The position numbers were made by a program, and so were the translations under genes. The notes below the pieces were generated by a model, which ran no database searches, was not told the DNA's origin, and saw nothing but the letters and a program-made list of their open reading frames with translations. DNA of 64,000 nucleotides from a virus: the IMG/VR virus record IMGVR_UViG_3300050821_018577, positions 32,001 to 96,000 of that record; one strand, given 5' to 3'. The first letter of the stretch is position 1, and every line of letters begins with the position of its first letter. This document shows positions 43,796-53,226 of the stretch, piece by piece.

Positions 43796-44188
43796 ATGGC
43801 GGCAATCCTTCGCACCTGGCCGGGATTTATGGCACGTCACAAAGTGCTCGAAGTGTTCAATCACGATTGGGGCCAATTCTATTTCACTCTTGGCCGCGGC
43901 AAGCCGAAGCAGGCGACCGAGGAACTCTGGTGGGCGCACAAGGGCACCATCCTTGGCTATTTCAAAATTACCACCATTGTGCGAAACCTGGGCGACAATT
44001 TGCCGAGACTGCAATCCATCTCCGGAGAAACCAGTGAATGGCAAATCAAGTTGATGAATTGGGTGGCCATTTGCGACCCGCCGTTTATCGCAGCGCCGGA
44101 GAAACTGTTTCACGAATCCTTCCGTGGTTATCGGTACTTCGATTTCGCGCAATGGAGCAAGGACCCGTACTCGAAGGTGCGAATATGA
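43796..44188 (+). CDS. hypothetical protein (possibly PUA/EVE-like)
   Basis: aromatic-rich; FRGYRYF C-terminus. Confidence 0.6.
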   Translation: MAAILRTWPGFMARHKVLEVFNHDWGQFYFTLGRGKPKQATEELWWAHKGTILGYFKITTIVRNLGDNLPRLQSISGETSEWQIKLMNWVAICDPPFIAAPEKLFHESFRGYRYFDFAQWSKDPYSKVRI

Positions 44189-44382
44189 GGGAGCCAAAGA
44201 ACAGAAACCTCTGCGAGTTTGTGTTTTGCAGTAATCCGTGGACGGTGACAGTCGCCCGCGCCAACATGAATGGCGGCGGGCCAAGTTGGAGTTTACATTT
44301 CTGCGGTCAGCATGCCAAGCCGTACGCTAACGGTAGAGACCCGTACGAACGTCATGTGGTCACATTGACCAAGAGGCTGTAA
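44185..44382 (+). CDS. small Cys/His protein
   Basis: ATGA overlap; CEFVFC..FCGQH. Confidence 0.55.
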   Translation: MREPKNRNLCEFVFCSNPWTVTVARANMNGGGPSWSLHFCGQHAKPYANGRDPYERHVVTLTKRL

Positions 44383-44660
44383 TGAGTTCGGTTAAATACC
44401 ATTCCCGCTACATCATCGTGACCATTCGCGACGGACAGATTGACTGGATCTCGCAGGCCCGCACTGAACGTGGCGCACAGGCCAGCAAACGCAACTCGAT
44501 GAAATATCGCGCGGCCATGCGACCAAACGGACAATATGAAGTGCGCATCATCGCCATGGAAGATGTTCTGGAGTGGGACAAAATTCGCGAGGAAGCGGAA
44601 AAGTATCGCGCACTTGCGCTTAATCTCGACTCGAAGCGCCGCATTGTGGTGGAGGAGTAA
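44382..44660 (+). CDS. hypothetical protein ending SKRRIVVEE
   Basis: TAATG overlaps. Confidence 0.65.
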   Translation: MSSVKYHSRYIIVTIRDGQIDWISQARTERGAQASKRNSMKYRAAMRPNGQYEVRIIAMEDVLEWDKIREEAEKYRALALNLDSKRRIVVEE

Positions 44661-45031
44661 TGCTTTTCTACTGGATCATCCTCGCTATCAAGAAAATTGT
44701 ATGGTTCTTCCGTATTCCGAAACCAGAAGACCTGGCGCGCATCGACCCAAATGCGCGTTGCCCATCGTGTGGCGCGCGGGAAGGCAAACTTCGCTGCGTG
44801 CTGAAACGCAAGCCTGGCCCGACAGCCAAAACCGCCACCAATCCTCTTATCTCCGCGCAAATTTTGTGCCAGCATACTTGTCTGGTGGATGGTGCGCGTT
44901 GGTTTGACAAGCCAATCGCAAGCGATGTTGACCCGTCCAAAGTTCTTCCCTCTGTCGCCCGCGATGACCTGGAAGTTGCCGAGGATCGGCAAGCTAAATT
45001 GTGGGCCGAGGAAACCCCACCTTCCGCGTGA
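44660..45031 (+). CDS. Zn-ribbon protein
   Basis: CPSCG...HTCLVDG. Confidence 0.65.
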   Translation: MLFYWIILAIKKIVWFFRIPKPEDLARIDPNARCPSCGAREGKLRCVLKRKPGPTAKTATNPLISAQILCQHTCLVDGARWFDKPIASDVDPSKVLPSVARDDLEVAEDRQAKLWAEETPPSA

Positions 45032-45059
45032 ACCGGATTTAGACTAGACTGTTCGCGAA

Positions 45060-48000
45060 ATGGCAAATGGTCGCACCGGCCTCGTTATAAAGCCAGTCAC
45101 GCAGTTGGTGGAAAGCCTGCGTTCGCTCTATCAACGGCCACCGGATAAAATTCGCGGACTAAAAGACGACTCCTGGTATTCGCCGCTGCAGCCGGTACAG
45201 CCGCTCGGACCTCCTGGAACCGAGCCACGCGGATTCCAAACCTGGGCCGGACAAAACTTAATTTTCACGCCGCGTGCCGACGCGGAATTCACCGCCGCCG
45301 ACCTCAAGACCATGGCCACCTATCCTCTGGCGCGGATCTGCATTGAGAACGTGAAGGACACCGTCACGCGGGCTCCGTGGGAAATCCAGATGCGCGCGCG
45401 GCCCACCGAATCGCGCAAGGATGTGGCCAACCGCGCGAAAGACAACAAAGAAACCCTCAACAAGCTGAATAAGTTTTTTGAATATCCCGACCGCGAGCAC
45501 AACTGGCAAGAATGGCTGCGTCCGTTGCTCGATGATTTATTGGTGATCGATGCGCCGGCGATTCTGATTCGACAGACGTTCAACGGCGAAATCGCAGAGC
45601 TCCCGGTCATTCGCGGCGAGATGATTGTGCGTTACATCGACAACAATGGGTTTACGCCGGTGCCGCCGAGTCCCGCATACGCCCAAAACTGGTGGGGCCT
45701 GCCACTTGTAGACCTCACAACTGACCAATTGATTTACAAACCACGTAACATTGTGCCGCGCAACACGTTAGCCTCGCAACTTTATGGAATGTGCGTGGAT
45801 TCCCAAACCGAGATTTTGACACGCGACAGAGGTTTTGTTCGATTCCCAGAACTAAACAAATCGGACTACGTAGCCACGCGTAATCCAGAAACAAAAGAAT
45901 TTGAATGGCAGAAGCCAATTGCCTACACAAATGAACCATACGATGGCGAAATGTATGCGTTCACATCGAAATCGATGGACCTACTTGTCACGCCGCAACA
46001 TCGAATGCTCGTATCCATCCCAACCAAAGGTCCAAATGGGCGGAACGAGACAACTATGTCCGCTGCCGAACTCGCTGACAAAATAAATCACGAACGCAAA
46101 ATTCCAGTAACTGCGCAATGGACCGGGGGTGCCGAAATCGGCGAAATGTTTTTCCCTCGTCGCGCACCGCAAGGAATGGACGTGCGAATAAGCGGTGATG
46201 ATTATTGCGCTTTGGTCGGAGCCTATCTGGCAGAAGGCAATCTATCTCGGCGTCGCGCCGGAGAAATCGGCATCGAAATAGCGCAGATGCCAATGTCAAA
46301 AGGATTTACCGAATACAGTAATTTGATTCGTCGAATCACCGGCGCTCAAGACGGCCACAATGGTAAGGCATTCATCCTGAGACGTCCTGCACTTGGAGAA
46401 CATTTTGAACAATTTGGTAAAGCGCATGAAAAATTTGTGCCATTAGCGATACGGAACGCTCCTCGTCATCAGCTTGAACTTTTCTGGAAGTTTTATCATT
46501 TAGGCGATGGTTGCTTCCAGGAAAGAAAAAATATTTCAGGACGCGGCCAAGTTGGAATCGTGCGCCACGAAGCAACCACGACGAGTAAATTACTCGCAGA
46601 CCATCTTGTAGAAATCGCACAGAAACTCGGATTCTCTGCTCAAGTGAGAGCTGGCTTCATGAAGTTTAGCCCCAACCGCAAGCCAATGAGTTTTTATCGT
46701 GAGTCTTATCATGTGCGGTGCCGCTATTCGACCGAAATGGCAGTTAAGGCCAAAAAGATAAAGTACACCGGTATGGTTCATTGCGTAACCGTTCCAAACG
46801 ACAGCATCTATATTAGGAGGAACGGACGTCCGTGCTGGACAAAAAATTCCCCCACCGAGCAACTTGCCGGTGAAATTCAGGTCGGCATCAAGCGCCTCGA
46901 ATTCGTCCTGGCCTATTACATGGAAGGCAGCGTCCCCGGTGTCGTGCAGGTTGTGCCGCGCGGAACGTCTCCGGACCGCATTGAAGAAGCGATGGAGTGG
47001 ATGAACTCGCAATTGGCCGGCAACTTGTCGAAGCGTAACCAATGGCGTCTCGTGCAAGGATTCAACGAGCCTGGCAAAGCGGACCAGATTATTTTCTCGA
47101 AAGAGCCGTTGCTTGCCGGACTCTACGACGAAAAGCACATCCGCGAAGTGGCTTACGGCTACGGAACCAGCCCACAACGGCTGATGAAGATGATTCGGAC
47201 GGAAGGAAAATCTTCCGCCGACGCCGCGGAAATCGAAGGCACGCTGCCCTGGGTGCTGTGGGTCAAGGGCATCATCGACTTCATCATCCAGCGCAAGATG
47301 GGATTTGTCGATTATGAAATCGCCATCAATCCCTATGCGGAGCCAGACCCGCTCAAAAACGCCGCCGCCCTGACGATGCTGGTCAGCAAGGCGGTACTTA
47401 CGCCCAATGAGGCGCGCAAGCGTGTTGGCGAAGAATTGCGGCCGGAACCGGAAGCCGACCAGCTGGGGATCATCACCGGCACCGGATTTGTTCCTGTCGG
47501 TGTGGCGCCGGCGACGGCCGGGTTGATGGTCGATGAGAAAGGCGCCATCCATCCGCATCCGGTTACGCCTACCGCGCCACCGCAAAAGCCAGCACCAACC
47601 AACGGGGCCCACAATGCGACGCGCGGGAGCACGCCGGTTTCCCAAGAAGCTGGTGGAGGCCGGTCGCAAGGAAAAAACGTCGGAGTGCCTAGCGGTAAAG
47701 AAAGCCTCGACGGTAAAAAAAAAATTCAGCAGGCGTTTCAGTTCGAAAAACGGCTCGGATCGCGTATTGAGCCGGACGTACTGACACCTGAATCACAGCA
47801 AGCCGTCCATCACATCCAGCAGACGCTCCAGAAAGTTTTTGCGGCACAGTCCAAAACCATCGCCACCAGCCGGTTCCACAAACTCCTGGGCAACGCGCTA
47901 GAAAAGCGCAAATTCGGCAACGTGCAATTCAATCTTTCTGTCGATGACGCGCAACGGGTTCTTGAAATTCCCGTCGACGGCACTCACTTCGCTCCGAAGG

Positions 48001-48449
48001 GTCGCGACATGGCGCCGCACGTCACCGTGTTATGGGGCTTCCATCCGGAAGTGACGGCCGAGCAAGTAAATAAAATCACCAAAGGAATCGGCGACGTCGA
48101 CGTAACGCTAGAAAGTCTCGAAGCCTTTCCGGCCGGCGAAGATGGTGTGCCGCTGGTGATTCGCGTCGAAAGCGAAAAGCTGCGCAAACTCCGCGCGGAC
48201 CTCGAAGCTCTGCCGCACACCAAGAGCTGGCCAGAATACAAGCCACACATCTGCGTGGCATATTTGAAGCCGGATGCTCCCGCGCAAGATTACGTGGACG
48301 CCGGCAATCCGCTCGAGGGTGAAACTTTCACGCTATCGCAGTTGGCTTATTCGGGGATCGATTACACCGTGGCGGACCTTGAGAAGTTGTTACTGCCAAG
48401 TGCGCGGCTCGCGCGGGTGACCCATGACGACACCAAGAATCATAGTTAA
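45060..48449 (+). CDS. portal protein with intein and C-terminal 2H phosphoesterase domain
   Basis: first gene of head module; portal-like motifs (L.DDLL.IDA, GSVPG, LTPNEAR..G); PHVT and PHIC 2H motifs. Confidence 0.85.
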   Translation: MANGRTGLVIKPVTQLVESLRSLYQRPPDKIRGLKDDSWYSPLQPVQPLGPPGTEPRGFQTWAGQNLIFTPRADAEFTAADLKTMATYPLARICIENVKDTVTRAPWEIQMRARPTESRKDVANRAKDNKETLNKLNKFFEYPDREHNWQEWLRPLLDDLLVIDAPAILIRQTFNGEIAELPVIRGEMIVRYIDNNGFTPVPPSPAYAQNWWGLPLVDLTTDQLIYKPRNIVPRNTLASQLYGMCVDSQTEILTRDRGFVRFPELNKSDYVATRNPETKEFEWQKPIAYTNEPYDGEMYAFTSKSMDLLVTPQHRMLVSIPTKGPNGRNETTMSAAELADKINHERKIPVTAQWTGGAEIGEMFFPRRAPQGMDVRISGDDYCALVGAYLAEGNLSRRRAGEIGIEIAQMPMSKGFTEYSNLIRRITGAQDGHNGKAFILRRPALGEHFEQFGKAHEKFVPLAIRNAPRHQLELFWKFYHLGDGCFQERKNISGRGQVGIVRHEATTTSKLLADHLVEIAQKLGFSAQVRAGFMKFSPNRKPMSFYRESYHVRCRYSTEMAVKAKKIKYTGMVHCVTVPNDSIYIRRNGRPCWTKNSPTEQLAGEIQVGIKRLEFVLAYYMEGSVPGVVQVVPRGTSPDRIEEAMEWMNSQLAGNLSKRNQWRLVQGFNEPGKADQIIFSKEPLLAGLYDEKHIREVAYGYGTSPQRLMKMIRTEGKSSADAAEIEGTLPWVLWVKGIIDFIIQRKMGFVDYEIAINPYAEPDPLKNAAALTMLVSKAVLTPNEARKRVGEELRPEPEADQLGIITGTGFVPVGVAPATAGLMVDEKGAIHPHPVTPTAPPQKPAPTNGAHNATRGSTPVSQEAGGGRSQGKNVGVPSGKESLDGKKKIQQAFQFEKRLGSRIEPDVLTPESQQAVHHIQQTLQKVFAAQSKTIATSRFHKLLGNALEKRKFGNVQFNLSVDDAQRVLEIPVDGTHFAPKGRDMAPHVTVLWGFHPEVTAEQVNKITKGIGDVDVTLESLEAFPAGEDGVPLVIRVESEKLRKLRADLEALPHTKSWPEYKPHICVAYLKPDAPAQDYVDAGNPLEGETFTLSQLAYSGIDYTVADLEKLLLPSARLARVTHDDTKNHS
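45792..46847 (+). mobile_element. intein with LAGLIDADG homing endonuclease (352 aa)
   Basis: starts CVDSQTEILT, block C LVGAYLAEG, block E YHLGDG, ends VHCVTVPN..NG..WTKN followed by Ser. Confidence 0.92.
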
Positions 48450-48960
48450 TCCGCAGCGGCGTCTCGATGGACTGCTCATCCAGCCACAACCAGCTTTGAG
48501 CGATGTCGAAAAGGCGCGCCGGGAGATGCAGGAAGCTCTCAACCGCAAGATGTTCGCGGAAGTGTTCGATTACGGTGAGCCGGGCGACATGGCTTTGCGG
48601 CCGGCAACGTTCGACGAGAAAGGAAATTACGTTTGCCCGGATTGCAATAAAGATTATGACAATGGGCGATGCACGCTCATCAATATCAACGTCGATGTCG
48701 TCGGCAGTTGCCGTAAATGGGAGAAGAGGCGCGCTTGTGACCAGGAATTGAACGTGGCGCCAAATCCGAACGCGATGACTCCGGAACTCGCCGCTTACGG
48801 CATTGCTGCAAATGGTGAAGGCTTTGGCTGCCACCGTTGCCCATTTCAAGAGAAAGCCTATGAACCCGACAGCCTAGGCCGGGACCGTTATTGCATGCAG
48901 GGAGATTTTCGAATCCCCTGGAATTCCTGCTGTGCCATCAATGGGGCTACGACAAAGTGA
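48424..48960 (+). CDS. Cys-rich hypothetical protein
   Basis: multiple CxxC. Confidence 0.65.
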   Translation: MTTPRIIVNPQRRLDGLLIQPQPALSDVEKARREMQEALNRKMFAEVFDYGEPGDMALRPATFDEKGNYVCPDCNKDYDNGRCTLININVDVVGSCRKWEKRRACDQELNVAPNPNAMTPELAAYGIAANGEGFGCHRCPFQEKAYEPDSLGRDRYCMQGDFRIPWNSCCAINGATTK

Positions 48961-49017
48961 ACATCAGACTTCCATACGGTCGATTCTCCAGATAATATTT
49001 TTGACGCGTAGAGGAGT

Positions 49018-49584
49018 TTGCCCATGCCCAAAAACGAAAGTCAGAATGGCAGCAGGACGCATGAGCCATCGCTGCGTGAATTGACTGCGGAGCTCGAAGG
49101 GCTAAAAGAGCTCACATTGGAAAAATTTACCGCTTCCACCGCAATGTCGGACGAACGTGACCGGAGATATGAAGAGCGCTTCAAGGCAATGGACGAGAAA
49201 ACAGGCCTCGCCCTCACATCTAGCGAAAAGGCGGTGGCCAAGGCCGAAACGGCCACGGAGAAGCGATTCGATGCTGTGAATGAATTTCGCGGCCAATTAA
49301 AAGACCAAGCTTCAACTTTACTGCCTAAAGCAGAAGCCGATGCAAAGTTTCGCGCCTACGACGAGAAACTGGACGACATAAAGAAAGAAATCGCCAGCCT
49401 GCGGGAATATCGCAGTAGTGGCGAAAGTAAGGAAAAGACAATGGAGAAATCACACGACGCTGGAACAGCGAGTGTGCGATGGGGGCTCGGGATGATGGTC
49501 ACAATTATTTTTTCTAGTTTGATGTTCCTGCTTGGAATCGTTGGTGCGGTTTTTACGGTCCTAAAATTTGGTATCGGAAAATAA
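49018..49584 (+). CDS. coiled-coil protein with C-terminal TM
   Basis: SD AGAGGAG; heptad-rich; C-terminal hydrophobic helix. Confidence 0.75.
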   Translation: MPMPKNESQNGSRTHEPSLRELTAELEGLKELTLEKFTASTAMSDERDRRYEERFKAMDEKTGLALTSSEKAVAKAETATEKRFDAVNEFRGQLKDQASTLLPKAEADAKFRAYDEKLDDIKKEIASLREYRSSGESKEKTMEKSHDAGTASVRWGLGMMVTIIFSSLMFLLGIVGAVFTVLKFGIGK

Positions 49585-49588
49585 GTGC

Positions 49589-49753
49589 GTGAAATGTTCA
49601 CAGTGCGCCGCCGACATCCCACGAAACCAGCAGCGAACCGTGCTACTTGGAGGGAAGTCGGTCGTTATAGACCTTTGCGAGAAATGTATAAAAGAGAATC
49701 AACGTAAGGCCGATGCGTATAAGCCATCGTGGAAGAAGAAGGACCTTGGTTGA
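49589..49753 (+). CDS. small Zn-finger protein
   Basis: CSQC...CEKC. Confidence 0.5.
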   Translation: MKCSQCAADIPRNQQRTVLLGGKSVVIDLCEKCIKENQRKADAYKPSWKKKDLG

Positions 49754-49899
49754 CTTCCGCATACGCGCATCATCAAGCGACTCCATTTTGTCGATGCGCA
49801 AAGGTTCCAGGTTATCCTTCTTTCGTAATCGTCGTCCACCACCACGTTAGGGCCCAGATTACCAGAAGCACGCCGCCAGCGAACGGAAGAATCTTCCAT

Positions 49900-50103
49900 A
49901 TGCGTTATTGGAAGGACGAACACAGCCAGTGGTGGATCTACATTCCCGGATGCGGCGCGGGTGTGCTGTCGAAGCACATCGTCGAAGAGCACGAGGACGG
50001 CACGATAACCGTGACGCCTTCCATCCTTATGACTGGACACAACGAGGGAACGCAAACGCAGCGCCACGGATATTTGACGCGGGGCCAATGGATGGAGTGC
50101 TGA
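49900..50103 (+). CDS. DUF6527-like small protein
   Basis: IPGCG..H..GTITVTPSIL..HGYLTRGQW..C. Confidence 0.65.
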   Translation: MRYWKDEHSQWWIYIPGCGAGVLSKHIVEEHEDGTITVTPSILMTGHNEGTQTQRHGYLTRGQWMEC

Positions 50104-50129
50104 ATGCTGCGCGAGCGAACTAAAAATCC

Positions 50130-50492
50130 TTGAATGTGGTGCATTTTTCCTATACGGTTTTTTCGGAACATCGAAGGAAACGCATGTGCGATTTGCTTGA
50201 GAAAAGAGATGGTTTTGATGGCGCTCCCTGTGTTAAACACCTGATAGAATATCTTGAAAAGATTATTCCTGGCTTCGCCATGCATGCTATGAAAGAAATT
50301 CAATTCGACAATCGTCTCTCGAAAGCTGAGAACATCAAAGTTATAGTGAACGTACTTGATATTCAACGTAAATACCTAGACGCCTGTAAAGCTGCTGCAT
50401 TAGGCCTACGCCGAATACAGCACCTAACTCCGCTTAAAGAAGGCGACCGGCTCAATCCGGACGGTAGGCGAAAGAAAGAAATAGTACATTGA
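50130..50492 (+). CDS. hypothetical protein
   Basis: 120-aa ORF. Confidence 0.45.
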   Translation: MNVVHFSYTVFSEHRRKRMCDLLEKRDGFDGAPCVKHLIEYLEKIIPGFAMHAMKEIQFDNRLSKAENIKVIVNVLDIQRKYLDACKAAALGLRRIQHLTPLKEGDRLNPDGRRKKEIVH

Positions 50493-50626
50493 CGCAGTTT
50501 CCGACACAGTTATAAAAATTTCCTTGACTTCGACAAATTCCAAACAAAAATAGCGATTTTAACTCTTATACGGTTATCTGACACAGCTCTTGGCAATGCC
50601 ACATCTCTGGCTGTCCAAATTCCATA

Positions 50627-50965
50627 ATGTACTATTCATGTGGCGACATTATCGCTTGGAGAATAAAAATGAGCATATCGATTTGGCCGAATGGGGCGGC
50701 GCCATCAGTCCCGAAGAGAATCAGCGCAGCGCGTAGCATGAAGTACACGGAACTAGAAGTGGATATGGAAGAGCATCCAGACGGCTCTATCTGGTTAATT
50801 ATCCGTGTATCTTACGACCCTGGCGAAAGATTTAAATTTTGGGGTAAGGTTTGCCTGCCAACCAATACGCTTGGTGCCTGGAAACAAAAAATCGACAGGC
50901 GCTTCGATGCCATCAATGCTTGCCCGGAATTATTTCCAGATGAGGAACTCCCAAAGGCGGCATAG
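50627..50965 (+). CDS. hypothetical protein
   Basis: ORF; exact start uncertain. Confidence 0.5.
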   Translation: MYYSCGDIIAWRIKMSISIWPNGAAPSVPKRISAARSMKYTELEVDMEEHPDGSIWLIIRVSYDPGERFKFWGKVCLPTNTLGAWKQKIDRRFDAINACPELFPDEELPKAA

Positions 50966-50983
50966 TTGATATAGAATCCATTT

Positions 50984-51862
50984 ATGCCGTATTCCAGTGC
51001 CGGCGACGCGCCGTCTTATGTCCCCGCGAAACACCGCGCCCAATGGGTGCACGTTTTTAACAGCGAGTGGGACAAACACAAAGACAAGCCGAAAGCGGAA
51101 CGAGAACGCATAGCTTTTTCTGCGGCCAACAGTGTAGCCGGTTCGAACAGTTCCAAAAAATATGCAAAACTTTTGGCCAAAGCGACAGTGGAAGACGTGC
51201 GCGCATTTTCCGATGCGGTCATTGCCGCACTCGAACAGGAATTTCAAACCGTGCCGCTGGAAGTGCAGCCGGCTCTTGAATCCGCGATGCTCAGCGGGAT
51301 CGGTCAAGGAGCATTGCAACTGGAATTTTCATCGGCTGGCTTGATTGCCTCCGCCAACACCGTCGCACAAAACTATGCGCTCGAACGGTCCGCGGAACTG
51401 GTGGGCATGAAGCGCGACGTAGAAGGAAATCTCGTTCCGAACCCGGACGCGCGCTGGGCTATTAGCGACACCACCCGGGAACGGATCCGTGAAATCGTAG
51501 CCGACGCGTTTAGCGAAGAGACTTCTATGAAGGAAATCAAGACCGCCATCCAGGAAGCGCTGGCTGACGAAGCCGAAGGCAACGGCATTTTCAGCGAAGC
51601 CAGGGCGGAACTGATTGCCAGAACAGAAGTTAGTAACGCGCAAGCCGGAGGAAACTTCACTGTTTGGCGCGATAGCGGCGTCGTGCGCAAAGTCCGCTGG
51701 ACAACGTCTGAGGATGAAGCAGTCTGTGAAAGTTGCGATGGAAACGACAACGTGGAAGTAGAATTGGGCCATCCATTTCCATCGGGGGACCTCTATCCCG
51801 GAGCCCATCCGCGGTGCCGTTGCGTATTGGTAGTCAGTGAAATTTCTTCCCAAAAAGCCTAA
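50984..51862 (+). CDS. head morphogenesis protein (MuF/SPP1 gp7) with ChaB-like N-terminus
   Basis: RAELIARTE, W.T..D..VC..C, P.HPRCRC. Confidence 0.88.
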   Translation: MPYSSAGDAPSYVPAKHRAQWVHVFNSEWDKHKDKPKAERERIAFSAANSVAGSNSSKKYAKLLAKATVEDVRAFSDAVIAALEQEFQTVPLEVQPALESAMLSGIGQGALQLEFSSAGLIASANTVAQNYALERSAELVGMKRDVEGNLVPNPDARWAISDTTRERIREIVADAFSEETSMKEIKTAIQEALADEAEGNGIFSEARAELIARTEVSNAQAGGNFTVWRDSGVVRKVRWTTSEDEAVCESCDGNDNVEVELGHPFPSGDLYPGAHPRCRCVLVVSEISSQKA

Positions 51863-51942
51863 GTTTCCACCGCTAAGTTTTTTAATTCCTTTTACATAAG
51901 TTTCCATACCTGCAAATCCCGGCTTAAAAATAGTTCTTCCAT

Positions 51943-53196
51943 GTGGCGCAAATCGTGGATATGGTTTTCTACGAAATGGGCGAGCTCCAAAAAATAGACT
52001 TCACCAAGTTTGTTCCGTTCAGCAAGGTCAACCTTGCGTTGCGCGAAGTGTCCGGAATCGTCACCGCCGAGCAGCCCGACAAAGATTTGGAAGTTTGCGA
52101 TTACGAAAAATCAAAACCCTACTATCAGGCGCTGATTTCCGAGATGTCCAAAGCCACAGACGGCGAAAACATTATGCCATTGCGCGAGATGCATCAACTC
52201 TCCGCGGTTGGCAAAGGTATCGGGTTCAATTTCGACGACCAGGACAAAGAAATAGAAATGACATTTAAGGTCGTCGATGACAACGCGTGGAAAAAAGTCG
52301 AAGAGCGCGTTTACACCGGATTCAGCCAGGGCGGCCGGAAGGTCGGCGGCCAGGTTGCGGATCCTGTGTTCAAGGGTTGCCAGAGATACGTCGCAAATCC
52401 AAGCGAAGTTTCACTCGTCGATAATCCGTGCCTGCCGTCTGCGCGTTTCGCTGTCATCAAGACCGACGGCACGGTCGAGATGCGCAAATTCCTCAAGACC
52501 GTTTCTCCCGAACCTGACCCGCGCATTACGGCGCTTGAGCAGGAAGTCAGTTTACTGAAAGCGGCTAACACCTCGCCGATAACAACCAAGATTACGCCGG
52601 CTGCGGAACCCGCGAAAAAAATAAAGAAAGTCGGGGGTAAGGACCTGGAAGCAGCTTCTTTTGCTTATGTCGAGAACCTGGACAAGACGGAAACTTGGCA
52701 ATATCCGGTGCACGAGGCCAAATACGTTCGCTGGAGTATTGCGAAAATGGCGCTCGCATCGGATGCTGAAAAGACCAAGGTTCGCCCCAAGGTCCTCGCT
52801 GCGGCAAAGAAATTAAACATCGACCTGACAACAGAAGAAACAAAAATCGCCGCCATTTTCGCGACCATGCGCAAGGTTGCCCGCGTCTACGTGAACAAGA
52901 ATTCCGACAAGATTGTCAGCGAGCGATTGCAATCGCTCGATAGCGATACAGGCAAGCTGGTTCATGCCAGCCTGCACAAAGGCATGTGGGAAGTATCGCG
53001 TCTGGCCTGCACGCTCGAGGATTTGGCCTGTTTGGTTTTTTCGGTCTGCTGCGAACAAGAGTACGAGTTAGATGAAGATTCCGCATTGCCGGAAATGCTG
53101 GCCGAGAACGTGGCCGCCGTGACCGAAACGCTCATTGCCATGGTGGACGAAGAAACTCGCGAGATGCTCGCGCAAGTGAAAGCGCACGTGAAGTAA
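51943..53196 (+). CDS. prohead maturation protease (XkdF/HK97-type) with C-terminal extension
   Basis: REMHQ..VGK, YTGFSQGG, EVSLVDNPC. Confidence 0.8.
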   Translation: MAQIVDMVFYEMGELQKIDFTKFVPFSKVNLALREVSGIVTAEQPDKDLEVCDYEKSKPYYQALISEMSKATDGENIMPLREMHQLSAVGKGIGFNFDDQDKEIEMTFKVVDDNAWKKVEERVYTGFSQGGRKVGGQVADPVFKGCQRYVANPSEVSLVDNPCLPSARFAVIKTDGTVEMRKFLKTVSPEPDPRITALEQEVSLLKAANTSPITTKITPAAEPAKKIKKVGGKDLEAASFAYVENLDKTETWQYPVHEAKYVRWSIAKMALASDAEKTKVRPKVLAAAKKLNIDLTTEETKIAAIFATMRKVARVYVNKNSDKIVSERLQSLDSDTGKLVHASLHKGMWEVSRLACTLEDLACLVFSVCCEQEYELDEDSALPEMLAENVAAVTETLIAMVDEETREMLAQVKAHVK

Positions 53197-53226
53197 AAAA
53201 GTTCTGAGAACTTTCGAGGAGGAGCA

